Shown here: piece by piece, positions 1 to 7,828 of the stretch
Numbering within the stretch: the first letter of the stretch is position 1
How the letters are laid out: the number at the start of each line of letters is the position of its first letter
From: an uncultured virus (IMG/VR IMGVR_UViG_3300044674_003822)
Lineage: Duplodnaviria > Heunggongvirae > Uroviricota > Caudoviricetes
IMG/VR virus record: IMGVR_UViG_3300044674_003822
Coordinates: 53,459-73,458 of that record
DNA length: 20,000 nucleotides
Strand: one strand, 5' to 3'
The notes under the pieces: generated by a model
What the model saw: the letters and a program-made list of their open reading frames with translations, nothing else
Database searches by the model: none
Told to the model about the DNA's origin: nothing
Position numbers and translations under genes: made by a program

Positions 1-2
1 CA

Positions 3-1001
3 GATCCAAACACAGACTGGAATCTTAAAACATTAGAAATAGCATTTGATAGGACTTGTAACTTTGCTTGTACATACTGTAATCCTGCATTTAGTTCTAC
101 ATGGGCAAACAATATAAAGAGGCAAGGACCATACACAGACATGACAACCGACGGGCGAAATCACTTTACACACAGTCATGAAAGTGCAGAACCATACAAG
201 AAGGATGAGACCAATCCGTATGTTGAAGCATTCTACAAATGGTGGGAAACAGATCTACACAAAAGCCTAGATGAATTGAGAATAACAGGCGGAGAGCCAA
301 TGATGTCACCTAACTTGTGGAGACTGCTGGATTGGATAGAAACACAAGGTGACAAAATGAATCCTAATATGACTCTCGCAATAAATTCTAATTTGGGTGC
401 AAAGCAAAGCATCATTGATAGATTCAAGACAAAATTAAAGAAGTTTGATAACTTTGAATTGTACACTAGTTGTGAAGCAACATTTGGACAAGCAGAGTAC
501 ATCAGGGACGGATTGGTATATGGGGACTGGCATTCTAACTTCTTGCACATGATGGTAGACAAAGTTCCACGTGCAATCCACAATATGTGTACTATAAACG
601 CACTGTGTCTAGAGTCACTGCCTCAACTGTTAGAGAAAATGATATGGTTTAAAAACGCAAGTAAAGTGTACGGACCAGAAGTAAATTTCACATTGAACAT
701 ATTGAGGTTTCCGAGCTTCCAATCACCGCTTGTACTACCGGATGACCTAAGAAATAAATTTAAGGGCGACTTGGTAAAGTTTTTAAATAGTAATGAAAAG
801 CATTTAGAACACATGGAAATTAATCAAACACAGAGACTAATTGACTATCTAGATGTTGTGAAGACCCCACACGCAGGGGCGGCCGAACAGAGTAAACTAC
901 AAAAAGACTTTAAAGCATTTTACAGTCAATACGACAAAAGATCAGGAAGAGACTTTGAAAAAACTTTTCCAATAATAGGAGAATGGTACCGTGGCATATG
1001 A
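3..1001 (+). CDS. Radical SAM protein, 5'-truncated by the window edge (paralogue 1)
   Basis: Frame is open upstream of the ORF-track start at 141. From position 3 it reads DPNTDWNLKTLEIAFDRTCNFACTYCNPAFSSTW, with CxxxCxxC at 57-80. ITGGEP, INSNL and YIRDG motifs follow, as in the downstream paralogues. Confidence 0.92.
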   Translation, partial: DPNTDWNLKTLEIAFDRTCNFACTYCNPAFSSTWANNIKRQGPYTDMTTDGRNHFTHSHESAEPYKKDETNPYVEAFYKWWETDLHKSLDELRITGGEPMMSPNLWRLLDWIETQGDKMNPNMTLAINSNLGAKQSIIDRFKTKLKKFDNFELYTSCEATFGQAEYIRDGLVYGDWHSNFLHMMVDKVPRAIHNMCTINALCLESLPQLLEKMIWFKNASKVYGPEVNFTLNILRFPSFQSPLVLPDDLRNKFKGDLVKFLNSNEKHLEHMEINQTQRLIDYLDVVKTPHAGAAEQSKLQKDFKAFYSQYDKRSGRDFEKTFPIIGEWYRGI

Positions 1002-2289
1002 GTACGGGGCGAAAGAGCCCGAGAAACTAAAAATTAAGGACATGACTCCTAGAGAAAAGGAGTTATTGATAGAGAGTGATACTTTCTGTATGCTACCATG
1101 GATGCATCTTCATGCATATCCAGACGGTAGGGCATACCCTTGTTGTTTTTCATTTGATCCATACCCAGTTGGAGATCTTAACAAAGAAAGTTTACAGGAA
1201 GTATTCAACGGTGACAAAATGAAAGAAATGCGGGTTAGGATGTTGAATAATAAGAAATCTCGTGAATGTATGAAATGTTATGATCAAGAGAAATCTGGAT
1301 TTTTTTCTCTACGTCTAAGTTCCAATAAGCACTTTGGACATAATATACCTTTGGTGCACAACACACTGCCAGACGGTGAAGCGGACTTTGTGATGAAGTA
1401 CTGGGATATACGTTTCTCAAATTTATGTAACATGGCCTGCAGGAGTTGTGGTACATGGTTCAGCAGTAACTGGTACGAAGATCATAAAAAATTAACAGGC
1501 AGTCCGCCACCACATGCCAAGGTAATGAAAGTGGGAAGGTCTACAAACGATATGTGGGAACAAATGTTAGAATCATTTGAACATACAGAACAGTTTTACT
1601 TTGCAGGCGGCGAACCTATCATAATGGAAGAGCATTACAGGATATTGAAAGAATTAGACAAACGTAAAATGTATCATGTGAGATTGATTTACAACACAAA
1701 CTTCAGTAGAACAACATTTAAGGATATTGATGTTTTTGAACTATGGAACAAATTCGACTCGGTCTCAATCGGGGCGAGTCTAGATGCCGAAGGCCCTAGG
1801 GCAGAACTTATGCGTAAAGGAACTGTGTGGAAAGAAACAGTGGCAAACAGGAAACGTATGATGGAAGTTTGTCCACAGGTAGATTTCTACGTATCATCGA
1901 CGGTGGGACTAGTTAATAGTTTGCACGTGACTGATTTCCATAAGAGTTGGGTAGAGCAAGGGTTGATTAAACCTGCAGATTTCAACTTCAATCTTTTACA
2001 ACATCCAATATGGCAAAGGATGGACATACTACCACCAGAATATAAACAGCAGGTCAAGGAAAAATACGAGTTACACATAGAATGGTTGAAAGATAAAGAT
2101 CCATTGACAAGGGCAACCAAAGGATACGAATCGGCGATCAACTGGATGCTTGAAAAGGATAATCAAAAACACCTAGATCAGCATATTGAACAAACAAAGA
2201 AATATGACAAAATGAGGAATGAGAACACATTAGACGTGTTCCCAGAATGGAAAGAACTGTTTGACAAGTATGACAAGAATAAAACCTAA
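991..2289 (+). CDS. Radical SAM protein with N-terminal Twitch/SPASM-like Fe-S domain (paralogue 2)
   Basis: N-terminal FCMLPW..H..PDG..YPCC..GDL...CMKC; CNMACRSC at 1426-1449; FAGGEP; YNTNF; SLDA. GTG start preceded by AGGAG at 977-981. Confidence 0.92.
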   Translation: MAYEYGAKEPEKLKIKDMTPREKELLIESDTFCMLPWMHLHAYPDGRAYPCCFSFDPYPVGDLNKESLQEVFNGDKMKEMRVRMLNNKKSRECMKCYDQEKSGFFSLRLSSNKHFGHNIPLVHNTLPDGEADFVMKYWDIRFSNLCNMACRSCGTWFSSNWYEDHKKLTGSPPPHAKVMKVGRSTNDMWEQMLESFEHTEQFYFAGGEPIIMEEHYRILKELDKRKMYHVRLIYNTNFSRTTFKDIDVFELWNKFDSVSIGASLDAEGPRAELMRKGTVWKETVANRKRMMEVCPQVDFYVSSTVGLVNSLHVTDFHKSWVEQGLIKPADFNFNLLQHPIWQRMDILPPEYKQQVKEKYELHIEWLKDKDPLTRATKGYESAINWMLEKDNQKHLDQHIEQTKKYDKMRNENTLDVFPEWKELFDKYDKNKT

Positions 2290-3604
2290 AGACGGCAACA
2301 AAACATTCTGCATGGCACCGTGGACACACACGTACCTTTCACCTCAGATGGAAAGAAGGCTGTGTTGCAGTTCGAGAGAATCATCTGAAAACTTTAAACA
2401 GTACATAGACACAATAGATCCAAAAGGACACAATGATAAGATTAATCTAACAACACTGGAACAGCATTGGAATTCAGATTACATGAAAAGTGTTAGATTG
2501 AAATTGTTGGCAGGTGAGGAGATACCACAGTGTGCTGTGTGCAATCACAAACTGCTGAACGAACAGGTATACAGACAACACTTCAACTGGTTGTACAAAA
2601 ACAAGATCGATGAGGCATTTGACAGCACAGACGAAACAGGTGCCACAACAATGCAGACAGAAAGTTTTGACTACAGGTTCTCAAACCTATGTAACTTCAG
2701 TTGTAGGATGTGTGGTGACATGTTGAGCAGTAGTTGGGAGACCGAAAATAAAAAACACGGAAAAGGCGACTACGACAATTACAGGATCTGGGGCAGGAAA
2801 GACATCAAAGCACAACTAGAAAAGTTTCACGATCAGCAAGTGGTAAAAGAGTTCACACAGGCGGTCGAAGAGAAGCGTATCACCGAATTGTACTGGTGCG
2901 GTGGGGAACCTCTGATGTGGAAGATACACTGGGAAGCGATGAAGAGGATTGTTGAACTAGGTTATCAAGATCAAGTGTTAGCAAGGTATAACTCCAACAT
3001 GAGTAGAATTAATTTTTACAAATACAACTTGTTTGATGATATATTAAAACATTTTCCAAATTGGCAAATATGTGCGTCGATCGACGGAACAGGAGAAGTG
3101 GGAGAATACATCAGGACTGGATTGAAGTATGACGAATGGAAAGCAAACATGAAATATGGACTACAATTTGTAAAACAGCAGAATCAAAGGATGCAGTTGG
3201 ATCTGACAATCACACTACCAGGGTTGTTTGATTTGGAAAACATGGTATTGTTGAGTAATGAATTAAACATCGAATTGCTGACAAAACAAGTTTTTAATTT
3301 CTCCAATGACAATGCAATGGCACCATTGTTCATGCCATATGATATAATGAGTGAGATAATAGACGATGCGAGAGAGAAGACTATCAAGTACAAGAATAGG
3401 AAGTTAAACAACTTCTTTGGACAGTTGGACGAGATGCAAAAACAAAAAAGGAATAACGAACTTGTATATGATGAGGAAACATACAAGCAAGGCCAGAAGC
3501 AAGGCAAGGGAGAAGTCGAACGTCTAGATAGGATCAGAGGCACAGACATTAAAAGGATATTAGCAAAAAACAAAAAGGCATTAGAGTGGTGGACAAGTAT
3601 ATAG
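2270..3604 (+). CDS. Radical SAM protein with N-terminal Twitch/SPASM-like domain (paralogue 3)
   Basis: FCMAPW..H...RLCC...CAVC; CNFSCRMC at 2690-2713; CGGEP; YNSNM; SIDG; YIRTG. ATG at 2270 preferred over TTG at 2261. Confidence 0.92.
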   Translation: MTRIKPKDGNKTFCMAPWTHTYLSPQMERRLCCSSRESSENFKQYIDTIDPKGHNDKINLTTLEQHWNSDYMKSVRLKLLAGEEIPQCAVCNHKLLNEQVYRQHFNWLYKNKIDEAFDSTDETGATTMQTESFDYRFSNLCNFSCRMCGDMLSSSWETENKKHGKGDYDNYRIWGRKDIKAQLEKFHDQQVVKEFTQAVEEKRITELYWCGGEPLMWKIHWEAMKRIVELGYQDQVLARYNSNMSRINFYKYNLFDDILKHFPNWQICASIDGTGEVGEYIRTGLKYDEWKANMKYGLQFVKQQNQRMQLDLTITLPGLFDLENMVLLSNELNIELLTKQVFNFSNDNAMAPLFMPYDIMSEIIDDAREKTIKYKNRKLNNFFGQLDEMQKQKRNNELVYDEETYKQGQKQGKGEVERLDRIRGTDIKRILAKNKKALEWWTSI

Positions 3605-4767
3605 ATTCAAACATATGTCCATTACCTTGGACACATTTAGAAGTTGATGTAAATGGTGGAGCATCGCCTTGCTGTCTGTACAAGGGTAGTATTCCTGACG
3701 TTAAGGTGTATAAACAAAGTCTAAAGTCCATACAGCAAACAGAATACATGGAAGTTTTAAGAAAGAAATTCAAGGACGGTGAACGTCCTAAAGGTTGTCA
3801 AAGTTGTTGGCAAGAAGAAGATGCAGGCAAAACTTCCAAAAGGCAAAATTCGATCTACAAAATGCGTGGTAGTTTACAAAACTGGACACCTAATAGCGAG
3901 CCAGCACTAAAGTTTATTGACTTTAAGTTGGGCAACGTGTGTAATTTAAAGTGTAGGATATGTGGATCGTGGAGTTCCTCGAAATGGGCTCAGGAAGAAA
4001 TAGACTATGAAACAGCCAAAGGAGGAGACAATCCTGTCGCCAGAAAGCAACTCAAGGAAGGTGGATGGCCAAAACGTAACCCACAATTTTTTGAGGAGTT
4101 ACAGGAGGATCTGAAACATGTGGAGTACTTCGAATTCACAGGCGGCGAACCGTTCATGATCAAAGACCACTTCAAGATACTGATGCACTGTGTTGAAAAA
4201 GGATATGCAAAGAACATAGACATACACTACAACACAAATGGCACGCAGTTGCCACCACAGTCGATATTTGACCTATGGAGTTATTTCAAACATGTCGAGA
4301 TAGCATTCAGCATAGACGACGTGGGAGAGCCTTTTGAATATCAGAGACATCCTGCCAAGTGGAGAGAAGTAAATCAGAATCTTGTCAAGTTCAAGGAAAT
4401 GAGAACTCCTAACATGGACTTCCAGATATGCTCCACAGTCAATATATTCAATGTGTTCAACTGGGCCAAGATGGCACTATGGGTGGCACAATTCCAACCT
4501 AAGTTTTTCTATGTGAACACCTGCTTTGATCCAGACGTGTTTAACATACAGACACTGCCACAACAGGTCAAAGACATAGTCACAGACAGATACAACATGC
4601 TCACGGACTATCAACCCAGCATACGGTTTATGAATGCCGCTGACAGGGACACACCTGAGATCAGAGAACAACGTAAGGCAAGGATATTACAGACAGACAA
4701 GTACAGGAAAGAAAATTTTGGAGATATGTTTCCACTTCTAAATAAGGTATTAAAGATATATGAGTGA
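3586..4767 (+). CDS. Radical SAM protein with N-terminal Twitch/SPASM-like domain (paralogue 4)
   Basis: ICPLPW.HL...SPCC...CQSC; CNLKCRIC at 3940-3963; FTGGEP; YNTNG; SIDD. Start is GTG at 3586 or 3589. Confidence 0.92.
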   Translation: MVDKYIDSNICPLPWTHLEVDVNGGASPCCLYKGSIPDVKVYKQSLKSIQQTEYMEVLRKKFKDGERPKGCQSCWQEEDAGKTSKRQNSIYKMRGSLQNWTPNSEPALKFIDFKLGNVCNLKCRICGSWSSSKWAQEEIDYETAKGGDNPVARKQLKEGGWPKRNPQFFEELQEDLKHVEYFEFTGGEPFMIKDHFKILMHCVEKGYAKNIDIHYNTNGTQLPPQSIFDLWSYFKHVEIAFSIDDVGEPFEYQRHPAKWREVNQNLVKFKEMRTPNMDFQICSTVNIFNVFNWAKMALWVAQFQPKFFYVNTCFDPDVFNIQTLPQQVKDIVTDRYNMLTDYQPSIRFMNAADRDTPEIREQRKARILQTDKYRKENFGDMFPLLNKVLKIYE

Positions 4768-5581
4768 TAAATTTATACAGAAAAAAATAATAGCAGGAGG
4801 TTGCAGTTTCACGTTTGGCAATGAACTCAGTGATGACGTGGGAGGAAATGCACCATCTAAAAAAACATGGGCGTATAAGTTAGCCAATCAATTCAGTCCA
4901 ACTGACACTTACGTCTGTACAGCGGTTCCTGGTAGCGGTAACTCGGGAATAGCACGTGCAGTTTTCAATGAAATATCCAAATATCCAGCAGAAGAGATAA
5001 GGGGAGTTTCCGTGATGTGGAGTTTCCTGTCTAGGTACGATTGGGCCATGCCGCGACACAGACTGCTAGAGGATTCACGATGGACGACCATAAGTCCATG
5101 GGATACCAGCATCAACAATGATGAGAAGGTTAAGATCACAGCATCATCACAGGTGCAAACAGACTGGTGGAAGGATAGGAATGCACTGTTACAAGAGACA
5201 GGAGTCAAACCCTTCGCAGAATCGATCTACAAACACGCCGCCAATCAATACCACGAGACCTATTTGAGTTGGAAGAGCATAATTTGGTTACAGAACATAT
5301 TGGAAAAGAAGAAAATACCATTCATGTTCACACTGGCGGACAACACCCTGTTCTACGATGTGTTTGATCACCACAAGGATCAGGATCCATTCATGACTGC
5401 ACTACACAGTGAAATTGATTTTACCAAGTGGTTCAGTTTTGGAGAACGCATGATGGGATTCAACCAATGGGCAACGTTGAATGATTACGAGTATGCTACG
5501 ACACATCCACTAGACAAGGCGCACGAAGATGCTATAATATTAATGTTGCCGACTTTTAAAAAACTGATAGGAGAAAAATAA
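4760..5581 (+). CDS. SGNH/GDSL-hydrolase-like protein (putative esterase or acyltransferase)
   Basis: IIAGGCSFTFG resembles block I (GDS), PGSGN resembles block II, and C-terminal THPLDKAH resembles block V (xxHP). The canonical block V Asp is not obvious. Confidence 0.6.
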   Translation: MSDKFIQKKIIAGGCSFTFGNELSDDVGGNAPSKKTWAYKLANQFSPTDTYVCTAVPGSGNSGIARAVFNEISKYPAEEIRGVSVMWSFLSRYDWAMPRHRLLEDSRWTTISPWDTSINNDEKVKITASSQVQTDWWKDRNALLQETGVKPFAESIYKHAANQYHETYLSWKSIIWLQNILEKKKIPFMFTLADNTLFYDVFDHHKDQDPFMTALHSEIDFTKWFSFGERMMGFNQWATLNDYEYATTHPLDKAHEDAIILMLPTFKKLIGEK

Positions 5582-5685
5582 TGTTCAAATGGTTTAAAAA
5601 GATGATCAACAAGATCAGGGAAGAAATTCGTTACAGGAAAAGACTGAAAGAACTTAAGAAAAAAGACCCATTCATATACAAATAG
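5581..5685 (+). CDS. Small basic 34-aa protein MFKWFKKMINKIREEIRYRKRLKELKKKDPFIYK (not in the ORF track)
   Basis: ATG overlaps the upstream stop (TAATG), AGGAG lies just upstream, and the ORF exactly fills the gap, ending 1 nt before the next ATG at 5687. Confidence 0.8.
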   Translation: MFKWFKKMINKIREEIRYRKRLKELKKKDPFIYK

Positions 5686-5686
5686 G

Positions 5687-6220
5687 ATGTTGAACAAGAA
5701 ACCTAAATTTGAACTGGTGGAGTTACCCTACATCGACGTGTCAGAGGATCCTGTGAGACCGGAATTGAGTCTAGAGTTCAGACAGGCGTACGGCAGGAAG
5801 ATATACGGTATCAAGGACGAGGAGGGTGACATCGCCGCGGTGATGTGTTTCGCATTCACACACGGCATACCCAAGAGCGTTGAGGAGATGGATGCCATGA
5901 GCCGGGACGCCGCCATGCAGGCCATACACAGGGCGGGGGTGCAGGGTTCGATAGCGATAGCATACACGGTGTGGGCCAAGAAGAAGGGTGGAGGAAAGCA
6001 CATAGTGAACGAGGTGTACAAGATGATCAAGGGATCACATCACATAGATAGATTGATAACACTGTCACCATTGACAGACATGGCCAGGAAGTTCCACTTG
6101 AAGAACGGAGCCAAGGAGGTGCAAGTGAATCTGACCACGCAGAACTTCGAATATAATGTGGAATTGTCCGAATGGGAGAAGTTCCGAGACAAGGCCAAAC
6201 GGGTGTTGAGGATAGCATAA
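5687..6220 (+). CDS. Hypothetical protein, possible GNAT-like fold
   Basis: 177-aa ORF in the operon. AIAYTVW-KKKGGGKHIV resembles GNAT motif A; LITLSP...ARKFHLKNGA resembles motif B. The fold is inferred from motifs only. Confidence 0.6.
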   Translation: MLNKKPKFELVELPYIDVSEDPVRPELSLEFRQAYGRKIYGIKDEEGDIAAVMCFAFTHGIPKSVEEMDAMSRDAAMQAIHRAGVQGSIAIAYTVWAKKKGGGKHIVNEVYKMIKGSHHIDRLITLSPLTDMARKFHLKNGAKEVQVNLTTQNFEYNVELSEWEKFRDKAKRVLRIA

Positions 6221-6221
6221 A

Positions 6222-7682
6222 ATGAGAATACTAGGTATCAACTGCATGAACCATGACGCATCCATGAGTGTGGTGGATGGCAGGGAGATATTATGGGCCG
6301 CACACAGTGAACGTTATTCCAAGGTAAAGAATGATCACTTCCTGAACTGGGCAATAGTAAACGAAGCAATGACTTATGGTCCATTTGACAAAGTGGTATA
6401 CTACGAGAGACCTTGGTTGAAGAAAACAAGACAATTCTACGCAGGACAATTTGGTACTGCTTTAAGTTACACGGAAATGCCACAATGGCACTTGGATCAC
6501 TTTGGGATAAAGATTGATGAGTATGTCAAACATCATGACTCACATGCCGCGGCAGGATATTTCACATCACCATTCAAAGATGAAGGTGCAACCATACTGA
6601 CTGTTGATGCGATAGGAGAATGGGAGACTGTCAGCATATCCACTGCTGACAAAGTTTGGATTGACAGGAAAGAGACCCTCAACTATCCACACTCGGTGGG
6701 CATACTGTATTCAGCATTCACATATCGTTGCGGACTTAAACCTGCAGAGGAAGAATACATCCTGATGGGCATGGCCGCATATGGCAAGCCCATATACAAA
6801 GATGACATATACGAGGACTTCGTGCACCAGTCTCCATTCAAGATGAAGAAGAACTTGCACAGGGGATTGAGCGACTGGCATCCAGAAGCAGATGTCATGG
6901 ACATTGCCGCGAGCATACAGGCAGTCACGGAAGAGATACTTGCAGACCTCTTCCTGAGGGCATCCAAGTATGGCAGTCGGAATTTGGTATACGCTGGCGG
7001 GGTAGCATTGAACTGTGCCGCCAACAGGACACTGGCGAACCTAGGATTGTTTGACAACATATGGATCATACCCAACCCGGGAGATTCGGGATCAAGCCTA
7101 GGTTGCATAGCGGCCTCAGAAAAAATACATCTAAATTGGAAGAGTCCATTCCTTGGACACAACATAGATGGTGAATATCCCGTGGACGCAATCATAAAAG
7201 AATTGAAGGAAAATAAAATGGTGGGCGTAGCAAATGGCAGAGCAGAGTTTGGACCGAGGGCACTTGGTAATAGATCACTATTAGCAGACCCCAGGGGTGA
7301 GGACATCAAGGATCTGGTAAATGGTATTAAGCGAAGACAGAAGTTCAGACCGTTTGCTCCTGCCATATTAGAAGAGGATGTAAACGACTATTTTACCCTA
7401 CCTACCGGCGTCAAAAACACCCCTTATATGCAATACACAGCGGCGTACACGCATGGTAATGACTGTCCTGCCATATTGCATTACGATGGCACATCTAGGG
7501 TGCAAACCGTATCAAAAAGCGACAATGAAGGGTTTTATGAACTTCTCAAAGCATGGAAAAAGCAGACAGGTTGCCCCATACTGCTTAACACCAGCCTCAA
7601 CATAAAGGGACAGCCTATTGTGAATGATCGTGAAGATGGTCGAGCGTTCACCCGCAAGTATGGTGTAAAGGTGCTAGGATGA
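6222..7682 (+). CDS. Carbamoyltransferase, NodU/CmcH/TobZ family
   Basis: HDAS, ERYSKVKND, HHDSHAAAG, VDAIGE, MGMAAYG, AGGVALNC, PGDSG (Kae1-like domain); EFGPRALGNRSLLADP, RPFAP, DGTSRVQTV, LLNTSLN (YrdC-like domain). Confidence 0.96.
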   Translation: MRILGINCMNHDASMSVVDGREILWAAHSERYSKVKNDHFLNWAIVNEAMTYGPFDKVVYYERPWLKKTRQFYAGQFGTALSYTEMPQWHLDHFGIKIDEYVKHHDSHAAAGYFTSPFKDEGATILTVDAIGEWETVSISTADKVWIDRKETLNYPHSVGILYSAFTYRCGLKPAEEEYILMGMAAYGKPIYKDDIYEDFVHQSPFKMKKNLHRGLSDWHPEADVMDIAASIQAVTEEILADLFLRASKYGSRNLVYAGGVALNCAANRTLANLGLFDNIWIIPNPGDSGSSLGCIAASEKIHLNWKSPFLGHNIDGEYPVDAIIKELKENKMVGVANGRAEFGPRALGNRSLLADPRGEDIKDLVNGIKRRQKFRPFAPAILEEDVNDYFTLPTGVKNTPYMQYTAAYTHGNDCPAILHYDGTSRVQTVSKSDNEGFYELLKAWKKQTGCPILLNTSLNIKGQPIVNDREDGRAFTRKYGVKVLG

Positions 7683-7828
7683 GATACCTACTCTTGTTAT
7701 TATTGCTTGTGGGTTGTGGCATTAAACCCAACGCGAGTTGCAGTGTGGATTTGGATAAGGAAACAATGAAGGACGTCACTGAAAGTTGTGTGAAGAATCC
7801 AACCGTGGGAATCAAGAAGGAGTTCTAA
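7679..7828 (+). CDS. Small predicted lipoprotein, 49 aa (not in the ORF track)
   Basis: MRYLLLLLLLVG-CGIKPNASCSVDLDKETMKDVTESCVKNPTVGIKKEF: basic residue, hydrophobic run, LVGC lipobox. ATGA overlap upstream and TAATG overlap downstream. Confidence 0.8.
   Translation: MRYLLLLLLLVGCGIKPNASCSVDLDKETMKDVTESCVKNPTVGIKKEF

Noticed and set aside
3..5685. Classical radical SAM/SPASM RiPP cluster, or lasso peptide cluster with the AsnB-like gene
   Set aside because: No PqqD/RRE domain, leader peptidase, transporter or convincing precursor; the context is sugar chemistry. Kept only as a minor alternative.
7786..7827. ORF-track N-terminal extensions (also starts at 8873, 11201, 11857, 14176, 16580, 18991, 19785)
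   Set aside because: Downstream ATGs fit RBS position, stop/start coupling or family N-termini better.
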